A DNA stretch of 62,706 nt, the filler included, from Chiloscyllium plagiosum (Eukaryota): the NCBI RefSeq assembly GCF_004010195.1. It is 4 parts of one record of this genome, joined end to end, with 100 filler letters (N's around TTAATTAATTAA, not from the genome) between each part and the next. Parts side by side here need not be neighbours in the genome. Positions count along the whole stretch, not along the records: positions 17,059 to 35,566 come from NC_057715.1; positions 35,667 to 58,843 come from NC_057715.1; 2 more parts are not named here. One strand, given 5' to 3'. Position 1 is the first letter of the stretch. The number at the start of each line of letters is the position of its first letter. Below the pieces are notes generated by a model. The model did not search any database. It saw only the letters and a program-made list of their open reading frames with translations, and was not told the origin of the DNA. Shown piece by piece: positions 33,422 to 47,379 of the stretch. Made by a program: the position numbers and the translations under genes.

Positions 33422-34349
33422 CTGGTGGAGAGGTGGAGACACAGAATGAGAGGTTAATACTAGAGTTATCACAAACATTGAAACATTTGATCACAGAAAT
33501 TCTTGTGCCCACTGATGTGTCACAGCCAGTGTGTGACATGCCCATGATTTGGGTGCCATCATGGTACATGTGTTCTCAGGGTATAAAATTCTCACTCTCC
33601 ATCTTACCGAGTCCTCTTACAGCAAGACACACTGACAGGAGTGTGTTCCAGTTTGTATACAAACAGCTCAGCCCTGACTTATACGATCCTTTGATTGCAA
33701 TAGATATAGATACAAGGAGATGTCTAAAAGTCTACTGAATCTTTCAGTACGATGTCACTCATTCTGATGCTGCAGGAGTGAACATATAAACTCCTCATCA
33801 CAGCAGAGTAACCCACTGAAGGTAAATAGCTCATTACTGCAGCTACAACAGATCAAGGGGGTAGAACTGGTCTGGGTAACCAGTAGTGGGGGTACATTGC
33901 GAAGCAGCAGGGACTGCTCCTAGATAACTGCAAGATCACTTTTGCAGACTTTTGGAAACCCCACTGAAGATTACACTGCCTTGGATCTCAAAGCATTCCA
34001 GTGACTCCACTTTTTTAAAATTCCCCTACATATATAAACAGAGACACAGACAAGACGTAAGTCTTAGGGATTGGGGTAAAAGTTAAAGACACACCAATCC
34101 TGACAGAGATGTTGATGAGTTGTTTTGTTTTGATTCCTTTCAATTCCCTCTAAAGCCAATGACACTGGTTCAGTGTTTGCCCTTTCGGAACCTTTCGGGT
34201 GGTTTCTCCCCCAAGCTGATGGAGAAAAGATTGGGCCAGTGGCTAGCTACTGGGGGCTTTCTGTTACTGCTTGGGGGGCGAAATGAGAGAGAGAGAGAGA
34301 GAGGTGAGTGTTGTCTCTTCAGAATCTATATATTTCTGTTGGACTGTCA

Positions 34350-34620
34350 ATAAAACATGAAGCTGGAAAAAGCACTGCAGGAGAGCAGGGGACTCGACGT
34401 TTTGGGCAGGACCTTTCATCAGGAATAGGGAGGGGGCTGAGAATAAACAGAGGGAGGCTGGGGGAAAGGTCGGTGGGATGGTGATAGGTAGATGCAGGTA
34501 GGAGGTGAATGGAATTGGTCAGTGGGAAAGAAGGTGGACAGGTTAGTCAGGTCAAAGGGACGTGGGAGAGAGGGAAGTTTGGACCTGGGATGAGGTTGGG
34601 GGAGGAGGGGGTGGTGGTGG
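34350..34620 (-). mobile_element. Penelope 3' terminus fragment with a degenerate hammerhead
   Basis: tcgacgttttgggcaggacctttcatcaggaa followed by the purine-rich terminus (ggtgataggtagatgcaggt). Confidence 0.6.
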
Positions 34621-34654
34621 ATTAAAGCTGGTTTCTGCTGCACTATCCTCACAC

Positions 34655-35566
34655 AATGCCGACCAGATATCCCAACCCAATCTAGTCCCACCTACCAGCA
34701 CCCGGCCCACATCCCTCCAAACCCTTCCTATTCATATACCCATCCAAATGCCTCTTAAATGTTGCAATTGTACCAGTCTCCACCACATCCTCTGGCAGCT
34801 CATTCCATACACGTACCACGCTCTGCGTGAAAAAGTTGCCCCTTAGGTCGCTTTTATATCTTTCCCCTCTCACCCTAAATCTATGCCCTCTAGTTCTGGA
34901 CGGCCCGACCCCAGGGAAAACACTTTGTCTATTTATCCTATCCATGCCCCTCATAATTTTGTTAACCTCTATAGGGTCACCCCTCAGCCTCCGACGCTCC
35001 AGGGAAAACAGCCACAGCCTGTACAACCTCTCTCTGTAGCTCAGATCCTCCAACCCTGGCAACATCCTTGTAAACCTTTTCTGAACCCTTTCAAGTTTCA
35101 CAACATCTTTCCGATAGGAAGGAGACCAGAATTGCACACAATATACCAACAATGGCCGAACCAATGTCCTGTACAACCGCAGCATGACCTCCCAACTCCT
35201 GTACTCAATACTCTGACCAATAAAGGAACGCATACCAAACGTCGCCTTCACTATCCTATCTACCTGCGACTCCACTCTCAAGGAGCAATGAACCTGCACT
35301 CCAAGGTCCCTTTGTTCAGTAACACTCCCTCGGATCTTACCATTAAGTGTATAAGTCCTGCTAAGATTTGCTTACCCAAAATGCAGCACCTCACATTTAT
35401 CTGAATTAAACTCCATCTGCCACTTCTCAGCCCATTGGCCCATCTGGTCCAGATCCTGTTGTAAGCTGAGGTAACCGTCTTTGCTGTCCACCACACCTCC
35501 AAGTTTGGTATCATCTGCAAACTTGCTAACCATACCTCTTATGCTCACATCCAAATCATTTATGTA
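34655..35566 (-). mobile_element. CR1 (HER1-like) LINE 3' 0.9 kb, well preserved
   Basis: ORFs 34682-35299 and 35372-35554: SKFADDTK, KCEVLHFG, LVRPLLVYCVQFWSP, WNELPEDVV. Confidence 0.92.
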
Positions 35567-35666
35567 NNNNNNNNNNNNNNNNNNNNNNNNNNNNNNNNNN
35601 NNNNNNNNNNTTAATTAATTAANNNNNNNNNNNNNNNNNNNNNNNNNNNNNNNNNNNNNNNNNNNN
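35567..35666. other. Assembly gap spacer N44-TTAATTAATTAA-N44
   Basis: Visible. Confidence 0.97.
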
Positions 35667-36145
35667 GAGGTTGGAGTGGGTGGGAGGGGTGTGGGAGTTC
35701 AGGTGGCGGTTAATATCGCGGCGGCAGTTGGCTATGAAGAGATCGAGGGCAGGTAGGAGGCCAGCACGGGGTGTCCAGGTGGATGCGGTGTGTTGGAGGC
35801 AGGAGAAGGGGTCGTCAGAGGGTGGGCGAGAGTCCTGGTTGGAGAAGTAGGCACGGAGGCAAAGGCGGCGGAAGAATTGTTCGATGTCTCATCACGTGTT
35901 GAACTCATTAATCCGAGAGCGTAGGAGAATGAAGGTGAGGCCTCTGCTGAGGACTGATCTTTCATCCTCAGAGAGGGGTAGTTCTGGAGGGATGGTGAAA
36001 ACACGGCAGGGCTGGGAGCTAGGACCTGGTGTGGGGCTGGAGCTGGGAGTGGGGTTAGGCGTGGGGGCGGAGTTGGGGGTGATGACGGAGATCGGCGTGG
36101 GGGCGGGGTTAGATGTTGTGACGGAGATCGGCGTGGGGGCGTGAG
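35667..36145 (-). mobile_element. Penelope-like element ORF fragment (region N-terminal to RT)
   Basis: Minus strand reads CRVFTIPPELPLSEDERSVLSRGLTF...IEQFFRRLCLRAYF...TWTPRAGLLPALDLFIANCRRDI, matching the L..GL.F N-terminal signature of PLE ORFs; one in-frame stop. Confidence 0.7.
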
Positions 36146-36149
36146 TATA

Positions 36150-36610
36150 GAGGGACTATCTAATGAGGAGAGGTTGATTAGATTTGGTTTGTACTCATTG
36201 GAGTTTAGAAGAATGAGAGGTCATTTTGTTGGAATAAACTAGATTCTTAGAGGACATAACAGGGTAGATATGGAAAAGTTGCTTCTCCTTGTGAGAGAGT
36301 CTAGGTCCAGAGGGCATCATCTCAGAGTAAGACATCTCTCATTTAATACAGAGATGAGGATTAATTTTTTTCTCTCAGATGGGAGTGAATCTGTGGAACT
36401 CTTTACCACAGAGGACTGTTGAGGCTGGGTCATTAAGTATATTCAAGTCTGAGATACACAGATTTTTAATCAGAAAGGGAATCGAGGGTTGTGGGGAAAA
36501 GGCAGGAAAGTGGAGTTGACAATTATCAGATCAGTCACATGGATTAGCAGAGAAGATTTAATGGGCTGAATGGCCTACTTCTGCTCCTATGTTGTGTAGT
36601 CCTATAGTCT
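36150..36610 (+). mobile_element. CR1 LINE 3' end (divergent subfamily)
   Basis: gagtttagaagaatgagagg...gaatctgtggaactctttaccacag...gggctgaatggcctacttctgctcct. Confidence 0.75.
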
Positions 36611-37699
36611 TCAAACAGATTCCCTCCAGTGCCATTCTTGTAGGCTCAGTTCAGTCAGACACTAAGCTGTGTTCCGAGGAACTGAGCATTGAAATGAGAA
36701 CAACTGGATTTGATAAATGTTAGTTCACTGTTTCATTCTTTGCCAAACCCTCCAGTTTATATTTGGCAGAACCAATGCTTGGGAGATCTTCTATGTGTTT
36801 AAAATAGTTTTCCTGCCTTTTTTTAACCAACTGCGTGCAAACTAAGATGGAAAGCTGGATCATGTGGGATTGTACATGTGGATTTAATCTGAACTGTACG
36901 CTGGCTCGGCCCTTGGGTCTCCACTGATGGGCAAGACTCCCTTCCACACTAAGAATTTTCAATTTCTTTTTTATCATGTTCATTTGCAACACATATCATA
37001 AAATCAACCTCAGAATTAGGTGCCATGCCAGGTCATAGATCAAGGGTCAGGTAAGCAGAGACAGAGGTTAGGGTCTGGGTAAAGTGTAACAGTGCTAGGT
37101 TTGGGTGGGGTCAGAATATCATTGTGTTTATCTTGTACCCTGCGTTCTGATCAACTTCACAGTAAATAGTCACCAGGCTTGGTCTCCAGTTAATCAGATG
37201 GAAATTTCTGCGATATTTCTCTCCTCACCCACTGCTTTTATGTGGTTCATTCTAATCAGCTCAAGCTGTAGCTTAGGTTCTTCTGTGTGTGTCCCCACTT
37301 GCCTGTCTTCCTCAGTAACCTCAATATCATTGTTTATCTTCCTGTCCATGTTTTGTTTTGATCGTTTCTCCTATGGCTCACTCGCTATTCTCAAACTTCT
37401 CTTTTCCACCTTTCCGTCAATCCCTGCTGGCTTTAATATAATTAATATAATTAATTTCTGATAAAGGAGTGTCCCAGGACCAGCCATCTTTAGCCATTTC
37501 ATCAATGACCTTCTCTCTATTATCAAGGGACTCGCGTCTGGGGTCTTGCTGGAAATCAAATTCTGCTATTCCTGGAGTCATCGCAGAAGCAAAACGTTTT
37601 AATAAATTTCACAAAATACCCCAATTTAAATCAATTTTCAGGCCCAGTCGACAGAAAGCATGGAACAAGTTTCTATTACGGGCAAGAATCACTATATAT

Positions 37700-37830
37700 T
37701 ACAAAGTTAAAAATCACACAACACCAGGTTAAAGTCCAACAGGTTTACTGGAAGCACTAGCTTTTTAAGCGCTGCTCCTTCATCAGGCAACTATCCCCCC
37801 AGTCCAACACTGGCACCTCCTCATCATACT
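37700..37830 (-). mobile_element. Rearranged Penelope-terminus fragment (family B) with a degenerate hammerhead
   Basis: Reverse complement contains cCTGATGAaggagcagcgcttaaaaagctagtgc; homologous to 49100-49255. Confidence 0.65.
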
Positions 37831-38089
37831 TATTACAAGTAATAGGACCCTAGCATCAGGGAAACAGTAAGAAACAAATAGACAAATAGAGAGGGAAAAA
37901 AAGAGGCTGGACAGAGGAAACCTGGAAGGCAGTTTAGTGGTTCCTGTTCAGAACACTTGGAAACATGAACAGAATTGGATAAAGTCACTTATGGATGTCA
38001 CGCTTAACAAATCTCCTTAACAAATCTCTCAGGTCTTTTGAGGTTATGATGATAAGAATAGAGGGGGGTGCCAGTGGATGTCATACTCA

Positions 38090-39390
38090 TAGAGTCATTG
38101 CAGTTTACAACACATTAAAAAAGGCCCTTTAGCCCATCAAGTCCATGCCAGTCAACAACATCCACATAATTATTCTAATCCCATTTTCCAGCAGTTGCCC
38201 ACAGTCTTATATACCTTGGCATCACAAATGCACATCTAAATACTTGTTGTGTTGAGGGTTTCTGCCTCTACGACCCTTACAGATAGAGAGTTCCGGTTTC
38301 CCACCACCCTCTGAGTGAAAAAGATTTTCCTCTAAACCCCTTGCCCCTTACCATAAATCTATGCCCCGGTCACTGATTCCTCCATCAAGGGGAAAGTTTC
38401 TTCCTGTCTACCCTGTTTGTGTCCTTATCATTTTATACATCTAAGTCATGTCCCCCTCAATCTCCTGTGCTCTAAGGAAAACAGCCCCAGTCTGTCCATT
38501 CTCTCTTCATCACTGAAACTCCCCATCTCAGGCAACATCCCGGTAAATCTCCCTCTGCACCCTCTCCAGGGCTATCACATCTCTCCTCTAATGTGGATTA
38601 CTGAGCAGCACACAGTACACTCTCTGTGAACTAACCAATATTTTATACAGTTTCAATATCACCTCCCTGTCCTTAAACCCTATGCCTCAGCTAATAAAGG
38701 CCAGTATACCATATGCCTTCTTAACTTCTTTATTCATGTGTCCTGACTCCTTCAGGGATCAGTGGACATACACACCACGATCCTTCTGATCCATAGTGCT
38801 GCCCAGGGTCCAATCATCCATCACATAATCCCTTGTCTATTTGTCCTACCAATCAACCTTCCAACATTCAAGTCTAAATTTATATAAACCATAAACAACA
38901 AGGGCCCCAACACTGACTCCTGTGGGACCCCACTGAACACAGATTTCCAGTCAGAAAAACAGCCCTCAATCATCATTCTCTGCCTCCTGCCACTCAGCAA
39001 ATTCTGGATTCAATTTTCCTTTGATTTCTCTTCACTAATGCTGCCAGACCTGCTGAGATTTTCCAGCAATTTCTGTTTTTGTCACATCCTTTCTATGGTG
39101 TGGTGACCATAACTGCACGTAGTCCTCCAGCTGGGGCCTCAGCAGAGTTCTGTACAGCTCCATCACCTCCCTGCTCTTAGAATCTGTGCCATGACTGCTA
39201 AAGGCAATAATCCATAACCCTCTTAAACTACTCTTAACCCTGTCCTGACACCTTCAGGAATCTGTGGACAAGCACCCCAAAATCCCTCTGTTCCTCTGAG
39301 CTTCCTAGTGTTTACCATTCATTGATTAGTCCCTTGCCTTATTAATTCTTCCAAAATGCATCCCCTCACACTTAGCAGGGTTAAATGTGG
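38090..39390 (-). mobile_element. Old CR1 LINE fragments
   Basis: Reverse-complement similarity to the CR1 3' regions elsewhere in the window. Confidence 0.65.
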
Positions 39391-40824
39391 CAAAGGCAAA
39401 GTCCAGTGTCACTATTTGCTGATAAATGTCTTGCCTTTGATTCACTCCTTCATTCAAGGTATTTTTAAGGCCTCTAGGTCTCTCACTCAGTTCTAGTTAC
39501 AGACTTGTGATCTGATGTGACGCCTGCTCAGTGACCTCTGTGACCCAGCAGCATGATGATCGGTAATGCTAATTTTACAGCTTTAGATCTCCACTGCTCT
39601 GTGGTAACCTCCGACCTCTATAAGCTTTAGCATTCCCCATTCTGCACTCAAATATCAGACGGTTCCAGACTGTTTAAAAGAGATGAACAACTGGAGGGTT
39701 TTACAGAGGAGGTAGGGGTCAGGGATTAATCTCTCCATAACTGTGTCTCCTCTTTGCAAAAACAGCTGACCAAAGTGCCTCACCCAGATCCCATTCCAGT
39801 CTCTAACTTTCCTCTCCCTTTCAATGTTGCTTCAGCCATACACACCTAGTGCACGAGGAACACATTGGTCTCCTCACTTCAGAAAGATGGACTCATATTT
39901 GAAGTTCAGAGAATTTCTGAGAGGCTGATCCCTGAATTGATACATTTATTTACAAGGAAAGGTTGAGCAGGTTGGGCTTATCAATTACAGTTTTAAAAAA
40001 ATGAAGAGGAATCTTATTGAAGAATACCTGAGTCTGGCTTCATAGGGTTGATGTTGATGGGATGTTTCCTCTCTCTGGGGTGACTAGAATAAAACGGCAC
40101 TGTTTAAAAAAAGGGTGTCTCACAATTAAGACAGGGATGAAGAGGAATATTTTCCCTCAGAGGAACACAGTTCTCTTCCCCAGAGTTAGTAGTGGGTGGG
40201 TCATTATGATCAGGCTGAATTAGACAGATTTTTAATTGACAAAGGGGTCAAGGGTTATGGAAGACAGACAAGTGAAACTGAAACCACAAGCAGATCATTC
40301 ATAATCTTATTGAATGGGACAGCAAGCTCGAGGGGCCAAATAGCCTACTCAGGGTCTTATGTCTTGACCTTGTGTACGAAGCAGTCTGTTCACTACAATG
40401 CAAGTAACATTTCAAAACAAATGCATCTTCAAAGCAAATTTGTCCTTGTCAATGGTGGATCTAAATGCCTAAGAATGTCACAAGGATCACCAGTGGCACA
40501 CTGCTGTTGGAACTCGTCATTACACCATGGAGGGGAAGTTTTACAAATATTAACCCCTCTGATAATCCCAGAGAGAGCTCTGAGATTGTGTAATTTAACT
40601 GATGGGAACATGTTCCTGCTGCTGGCTTGTGAGTTGACCATCATGTCACAGAGCTGAAAAGCTCTCAGCTCAGCTATAGGAAGACTTCATTCAAACTGGC
40701 TGTCATGAACATAGAATTTACTAGAGAGTATCTTTCTCACATTCTATTTTAAAACACATCTCAAATCTTTATTTGCAAGTTTTCTATATCATTCCTATGA
40801 TTGGCATTTATTTGCTAGTAAGTT

Positions 40825-41465
40825 CATTCATGGGATGTGGGTGTCACTGGTTGGGCCAGCATTGATTGAACCACTGCAGTCCACCTGTTGTAGATAGACC
40901 CACAATGCCCTTAGGGAGGAAATTGCAGGATTTTGACCCAGTGACACTGAAGGAACGGCAATATATTTCCAAGTTAGGGTGCTGAGTGACTTGGAGGGAA
41001 CTTGCAGATGGTAGTGTCGCCATACATCTGCTGCCCTTGTCTTTCCACATGTCTTTCTAGTTGCTGTGGGTTTGAAAGGTGCTGTGTAAGGAGGCTTTGA
41101 GAGTTTCTGCAGTGCATCTTGTGGATAATACACACTGCTGCTACTGAGCGTCAGTGGTGGAGGGAGTGGATGTGGTGCCAATCAAGTGGGCGGCTTTGTC
41201 CTGGATGGTGTCAAGCTTCTCGGGTGTTGTTGGAGCTGCACTCATCCAGGCAAGTGAGGAGTATTCTATCACATTCATGACTTTTGCCTTGCAGACAGAT
41301 TTTGAGGAGTCAGGACGTGAGTTAGTTGCTGCAGGATTTCTGATCTCTGATCTGTTCTTGTAGCTACTGGATTTAAATGACTAGTCCAGTTGAGTTTTGG
41401 GTCAATGATAACTCCCAGGATGTTGATAGTGAGGAATTCAGTGATGGTAATATACCTGACTGTCA
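40825..41465 (-). mobile_element. CR1/L2-group LINE 3' end (second family)
   Basis: ORF 41275-41466 INILGVIIDPKLNWTSHLN; reverse homologue of 23880-24560. Confidence 0.75.
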
Positions 41466-41796
41466 AGAGATGAAATTTAAAACATAGTAACTAAGAGCAG
41501 GAGTAGGCCATTTGGCCCTTCAAACCTGCTCTGCTATTCAATGTGATCGTGGCTGATTATCCAATTCATATCTTGCTCCCATTTTCACCTGTACTCTTTG
41601 ACCTCTCCAGCCTTAAGAACTATATCTAACCCCTCCTTGAAAACATTCAACGTTTTGGCATCAACCACATTCTGTGGCAGAGACTTCCACAGGCCCATCA
41701 CTCCATTTGTGAAGAAATTTCTCTTCATCTCCACTGGCCTACCCACTGTTTTCCCTAGGTATGGTAAATAATAGTTAACTTCCTTTTCTAAATCAT

Positions 41797-42965
41797 TGGT
41801 GGTGGAGGGTTGTGTTTCAGATTGGAGGCCTGTGACCAGTGGACTGCTACAAGGATCAGTGCTGGGTCCACTACTTTGCTTCATTTATATAAATGATTTG
41901 GATGTGAGCAAAAGAGGTATAGTTAGTAAGTTTGCAGATGACACCAAAATTGGGGGTGTAGTGGATAGCAAAGAAGGTTACTTCAGCTTACCAGATCTGA
42001 TGGGCCAATGGACTGATGAGCGATAGATGGAGTTTAATTTAGATAAATGTTAGGACATGCATTTTGGGAAAGCAAATCTTAGCAGGACTTATACACTTAA
42101 TGGTAAGGTCCAAGGGAGTGTAGTTTCGTAGCTCCTTGAAAGTGGAGTCGCAGGTAGATAGAATAGTGAAGAAGACATTTGGTATGCTTTCCTTTAATGG
42201 TCAGAGTATTGAGTACAGAAGTTGGGAGGTCATGTTGTGGCTGTACAGGACATTGGCTAGGCCACTGTTGGAATATTGCGTGCAATTCTGGTCTCCTTCC
42301 TATCGAAAAGATGTTGTGAAACTTGAAAGGGTTCAGAAAAGATTTACAAGAATGTTGCCAGGGTTGGAGGATTTGAGCTATAGGCTGAACAGGCTGGGGC
42401 TGTTTTCCCTGGAGCATCAGAGGCTGAGGGGTGACCTTATAGAGGTTTATAAAATCATGACGGGCATGGATAGAATAAATAGACAAGGTCTTTTCTCTGG
42501 GGTGGGGGTGTCCAGAGCTAGAGGGCATAGGTTTAGGGTGAGAGGGGAAAGATATAAAAGTGACCTACGGGGCAACTTTTTCACGCAGAGGGTGGTATGT
42601 GTATGGAATGAACTGCCAGAGGAAGTGGTGGAGGCTGGTACAATTACAACATTTACAACAATTACAACATAAGTCCTGCTAAATTGCCCGTAGTGTTAGG
42701 TAAGGGGTAAATGTAGGGGTATGGGTGGGTTACGCTTCGGCGGGTCGGTGTGGACTTGTTGGGCCGAAGGGCCTGTTTCCATACTGTAAAGTAATCTAAT
42801 CTAATCTAATCTAAAAAGGCATCTGGATGGGTATATGAATAGGAAGAGTTTAGAGGGATATGTGCCAAGTGCTGGCAGGTGGGACTAGATTGGGTTGGGA
42901 TATCTGGGTCAGCATGGACGGGTTGGACCAAATGGTCTGTTTCCTTCTGTCCATTTCTATGACTC
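41797..42965 (+). mobile_element. CR1 (HER1-like) LINE 3' 1.1 kb with a nested truncated HE1 SINE at 42675-42812
   Basis: VTSGLLQGSVLGPLL, SKFADDTK and ORF 42136-42672; SINE tail with (aatct)n. Confidence 0.9.
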
Positions 42966-44534
42966 ATATTGTGAATAGCTGGGGTCCCAGCATTGCTCGG
43001 TGTGGTACCCATTTGTCACTGGCTGCCATTCAGAAAAAGATCCACTTATTCCCACATTTTTGTTTCCAGTCTACTAACCAGTTTTCTATCCATGTCACTC
43101 ACTGCTCCCAATCCCACATGCTTTCATTTTACACACTAACCTTTGTGGGACCTTATCAAAATTCTTCTGAATGTTCAAGTAAACCACATCCATTGGCTCT
43201 CCCATTTCAACAACACTCATTAACTCCTTTAAAAATTGTAGTAGATTTTTCAAACGTGGTTTTCCTTTCCTAAAACTTTGCTGACTGTTTAATCCTGTCA
43301 CTGTTTTTCAAGCGTTCTGTTATTGAACATTTTATAACTGACTCCAGCATTTCCTCAGGTATTTTGTTTTTTGGCCAGTTTGTATATCCCTTCCTTGGAT
43401 CTAATAATGTTCCTAATTTCTCTTGTTAACCATGGCCAATCCACGTTTCCTGTTTTATTTTTAGGCCAGAGATTATTGAACATGGTGATTCTTGACATCT
43501 ATGTGACATGAATGTTATTTGCTACTTGTCAACCTAAGCCTGGATAGTCCAGATCTTGTTGCATTTGAACGTGGACTGCTTCAGTATCTGAGGAGTCTTG
43601 AATGATGCTGAACTTTGTGCAGTTATTGGTGAACATCTGTATTTCTGACCTTATGATGGAGGGAAGGATATTGATGAAGCAGCAGAAGATGGTTGGGTCA
43701 AGGACATTACCCTGAGGAACTCCTGCAGAGGTGTCCTGGGACTGATTTTAACCAGAGCCATCTTCCTCTGTGCCAGGTGTGACTCTAACCAATGGAGACT
43801 TTTACCCCGATTTCCATGGAGTAAAGTTCTACTCGGACTCCTTGATGCCACACTTAGTCAAATATGGGATCTAAGTCCAAGGTTAAAGATGTTTTGCTGC
43901 TTTTGATCAGACCCTTGGCAAAACTTCACTTGGAGCATTGTACCTAGTTATCCTTATCCAGCCAAGTATATACTTGCCAGAGAATACATTCATTGGAGTC
44001 TCATCCCTAGGATGTTAGAACTGTTTTAAAAAGAGAGATTGGGATAGCTTGGCTTCTGTGCCCAGAGCTACCAGGAATGAGGTGTGATATTGAGAGGTAA
44101 CTGATTAAAAATCATGTTTCCCACTTGAAATAGAGATGAGGTGAAATTATTTCTCTTCGAGGGAAAAGATGGTGGAATCAGAATTCTTGAATATTGTTAA
44201 GTTAGAGCTGCATCAAATCCTGTTAAGCAAAGACGATGAAAGGTTAGTGCGTCAGACGAGAATCTGAGTTTGAGGTTGTCATCAGATCAGTCAGGACCTT
44301 ATCAAATGGATCTTGATCAATTGGGCCAATGGGGGCTAAGGAATGGTAGATGGAGTTTAATTCGGAAAAATGCGAGACGTTGCATTTTGAGAAGACTTAC
44401 ACAGTTAATCGTAGGCCCCTGGGTAGGGTTGTTGAACAGAGAGACCTAGGGGTTCGGGTAAATAGCTCTTTGAAAGTTGCATCACAGGTAGGCAGGGTGG
44501 TTAAGAAGGCATTTAGAACTCTTGTCTTCATTGC

Positions 44535-44822
44535 TCAGGACCCAAATTCCAGCCTCGGGCAAAGTGTAAAGTTTGCACGTTTTCCCTGCGTCTGCGTGGG
44601 TTTCGTCCTGTTGCTCCAGTTTCCACCCACAGTCCAAAGATGTGCAAGTTAAACGAATTGGCCATGGGAAATTACTGATAGTGTGTAGTCTAGATGGATT
44701 AGCAATAAAATATGCAGGGTTAGAGGGATAGGGTGAGGCTGGGTGGGATGCTCTTCAGAGCATGGGTGTGGACTCAATGGGCCGAAAGACCTGCTTCCAC
44801 ACTGTAGGGATTCGATGATTCT
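44535..44822 (+). mobile_element. Degenerate HE1/V-SINE following a CR1 fragment (44305-44535)
   Basis: V-domain gtttgcacgtttccctgcgtctgcgtgggtttc; tail gggccgaaagacctgcttccacactgtag. Confidence 0.7.
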
Positions 44823-45099
44823 CTGACTCTAACAGCAGGCCGACTCCTGCTCCTATCTTCCTGATGGTCTGGATTTGAATTAACCAATTTCTCAAGTTGA
44901 TGCTGTGATTTCTGCTTTGAATTTCTCACTAATTCTTAACGATAAAACAAAGCTCAATGTTTAAAATAAATTGCATGTCCTTCGGCGATAATTCATTGAC
45001 AGTCATAAATAAACTTTCTGAAGCTGACAGTTGTTAATAAACATGAGCACATTGGAACTCACAGCAAAAATACTGTTATTTAATTAACACCCACCCTTC

Positions 45100-45682
45100 T
45101 CCCACACACACTGACTCTCACTGGGATACAGGGTCCCATGCTCTCACACTAATTCTCACTGGGGTATAGTCCCACACACACATACTGACTCTCACTGGGG
45201 TATAGTCCCACACACACATACTGACTCTCATTGGGGCACAGTCACACATACACACACACTCTCACTGAGGTACAGTCCCACACAGACACTGACTCTCACT
45301 GGGGTACAGTCCCACACGCACACACTGACTCTCACTGGGGTACACTCCCACACACACACACTGACTCTCACTGGGGTACAGTCCCACACACACACACTGA
45401 CTCTCACTGGGGGAGAGTCCCACACACACACACACGCGCACACACTGACCCTCAGTGGGATATAGTCCCATACACACACTGGCTTTCACTGGGGTGCAGT
45501 CACACACACACAGACTCTCACTGGGGGACAGTCTCACACACACACACAGACTCTCACTGGGGGACAGTCTCACACACACACACACACACACAGACTCTCA
45601 CTGGGGGACAGTCTCACACACACAGACTCTCACTGGGGGACAGTCACACACACAGACTCTCACTGGGGGACAGTCCCACATG
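45100..45682 (-). repeat. Minisatellite of the same family as 20970-23785, in opposite orientation
   Basis: Unit ctgactctcactggggtacagtcccacacaca is the reverse complement of the first array's unit. Confidence 0.95.
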
Positions 45683-46429
45683 TTTCTTGCTGGGCTTTCC
45701 TTCACTGAGTGACCATTTGCTGTCATTGGTTGCAGCTTCTTATTCAATTGTATCTGCGCTGCCTCAATACCAGACATTAAAATCTCAAAACAGGTTTTCA
45801 CTTTGTGAGGAGAAAATCTTTGAAATCTTTCTCTGAAATCACTGCCAGTTCTGGTTTCTGATGTTGAGGTTAATTCTGGGCTACAGTCAGTACAACTAAG
45901 TTATCGCCAGATCCTGAAACTAACCTCGTTTGAATTGGAAACCCCTTCCCCCCTCCCATTCTCATCCATAATTCTTTCCCCTTACACAGTGGCCTCTCCT
46001 TGAAGCTGCTGTCATCTGGTACCCAAATGTCGGAATGTGAGAAATGTGCCTGTGAATCTCAGCACTCACCAGAACTGTTGGAATCTCTCTGCACAGAAGG
46101 GCAGTGTGTGGCAGAGGAGAAATCTTCAACCTCATTGAAAAAAGCAGAATTTACCAATAGTTCAATATGAGGATTGACAACAGCTGCACGTATTCATCAG
46201 GTAATTACCTGAAAGAAAATCCTGAACTCAGAAATCCTGAGCAATTCATTCACTGCAACCAAAACTCTCAATGTATCCAAACGTTTACCAGCACCTTCAC
46301 CATCACCAGCACCTTCACAGTTTGGTCCATGGATTGTCTTTCAGGGCCCGGATCCACCCCAGATAGGAATTTCACCATGTCCACCCTCTACAGGGCACAG
46401 CACGGCACGGCACGGCACACACTCTCTAA

Positions 46430-47275
46430 TGGCACCAGTCAGGAGCATGATGGAATACTCCCCACTTGCCCCTGGATGGATGCAGTTCCAACAACCCTCA
46501 AAAGGCTCGATACCATCCAAGATAAAGCAGCTCGTTTGACTGGTACCACATCCACAAGCATCCACTCCCTCCACCATTGATGCTCAGTAGCAGCAGTGTG
46601 TACTATCTACAATATGCACTGCAGGAATTCACCAAAGATCCTCAGACAGCACCTTCCAAATGGACATTCATTTCCATCTGGAAGGGCAAGGGTCATAGAT
46701 ACATGGGAACACCACCCCATGCAAGTTCCTCTCCAAGCCACTCACCATCCTGACTTGGAAATATATTGTCACTCCTTCACTGTTGCTGGATCAAGATCCT
46801 AGAATTCCCTCCCTAAGGGCATTGTAAGTCTAGGAGAAAGTGAGGTCTGCAGATGCTGGAGATCAGAGTTAAAAAGTGTGGTGCTGGAAAAGCGCAGCAG
46901 GTCAGGCAGCATCCAAGAAGCAAGAGAATTGACATTTCGGGCATAAGCCCTTCAACAGGAATGTTGGGGAGGGGGGGTGCCACGGGGGCAGAGAGATAAA
47001 TGGTAGAGGGGCGGTGCTGAGGGGACGGTAGCTGGGAAGGTGATAGGTAGATGAAGGTAGGGGTTATGGTGATAGGTCAGAGCGGAGGGTGGAGCAGGAT
47101 GTTGCCTGACTTGCCGTATTTTTCTAGCACCACACTTTCTGGCATTGAGAGTTTGCCAAAAAGTGTGTGGACTGATCCAAAAAGGCAGCACATCATCACC
47201 TTCTCAAGGGGTAACTAGGGACAGGCAACTAATACTGGCCATGCTAGTTACAACTAGCTTCTGAGAATGAAAAAA
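46430..47275 (+). mobile_element. CR1/L2-group LINE 3' end with a nested Penelope-terminus insertion (about 46832-47140)
   Basis: WMDAVPTTLKRLDTIQDKAARL; insertion flanked by the imperfect duplication ggcattgtaagt / ggcattgagagt, with a short inverted arm at its right end. Confidence 0.75.
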
Positions 47276-47379
47276 CATTCTCCCCCTCTTACACACTTTG
47301 TTCTAACAGGAATAACACATCAATCTGTTCCGCAGATGCTCTCTCATCCCTTTCTAGCTGATTAACAAATTGTATTTAT

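Noticed and set aside
40196..40657. 153-aa and 71-aa ORFs as the missing DCHS1 exon
   Set aside because: No cadherin motifs; the left part is CR1 3' debris.
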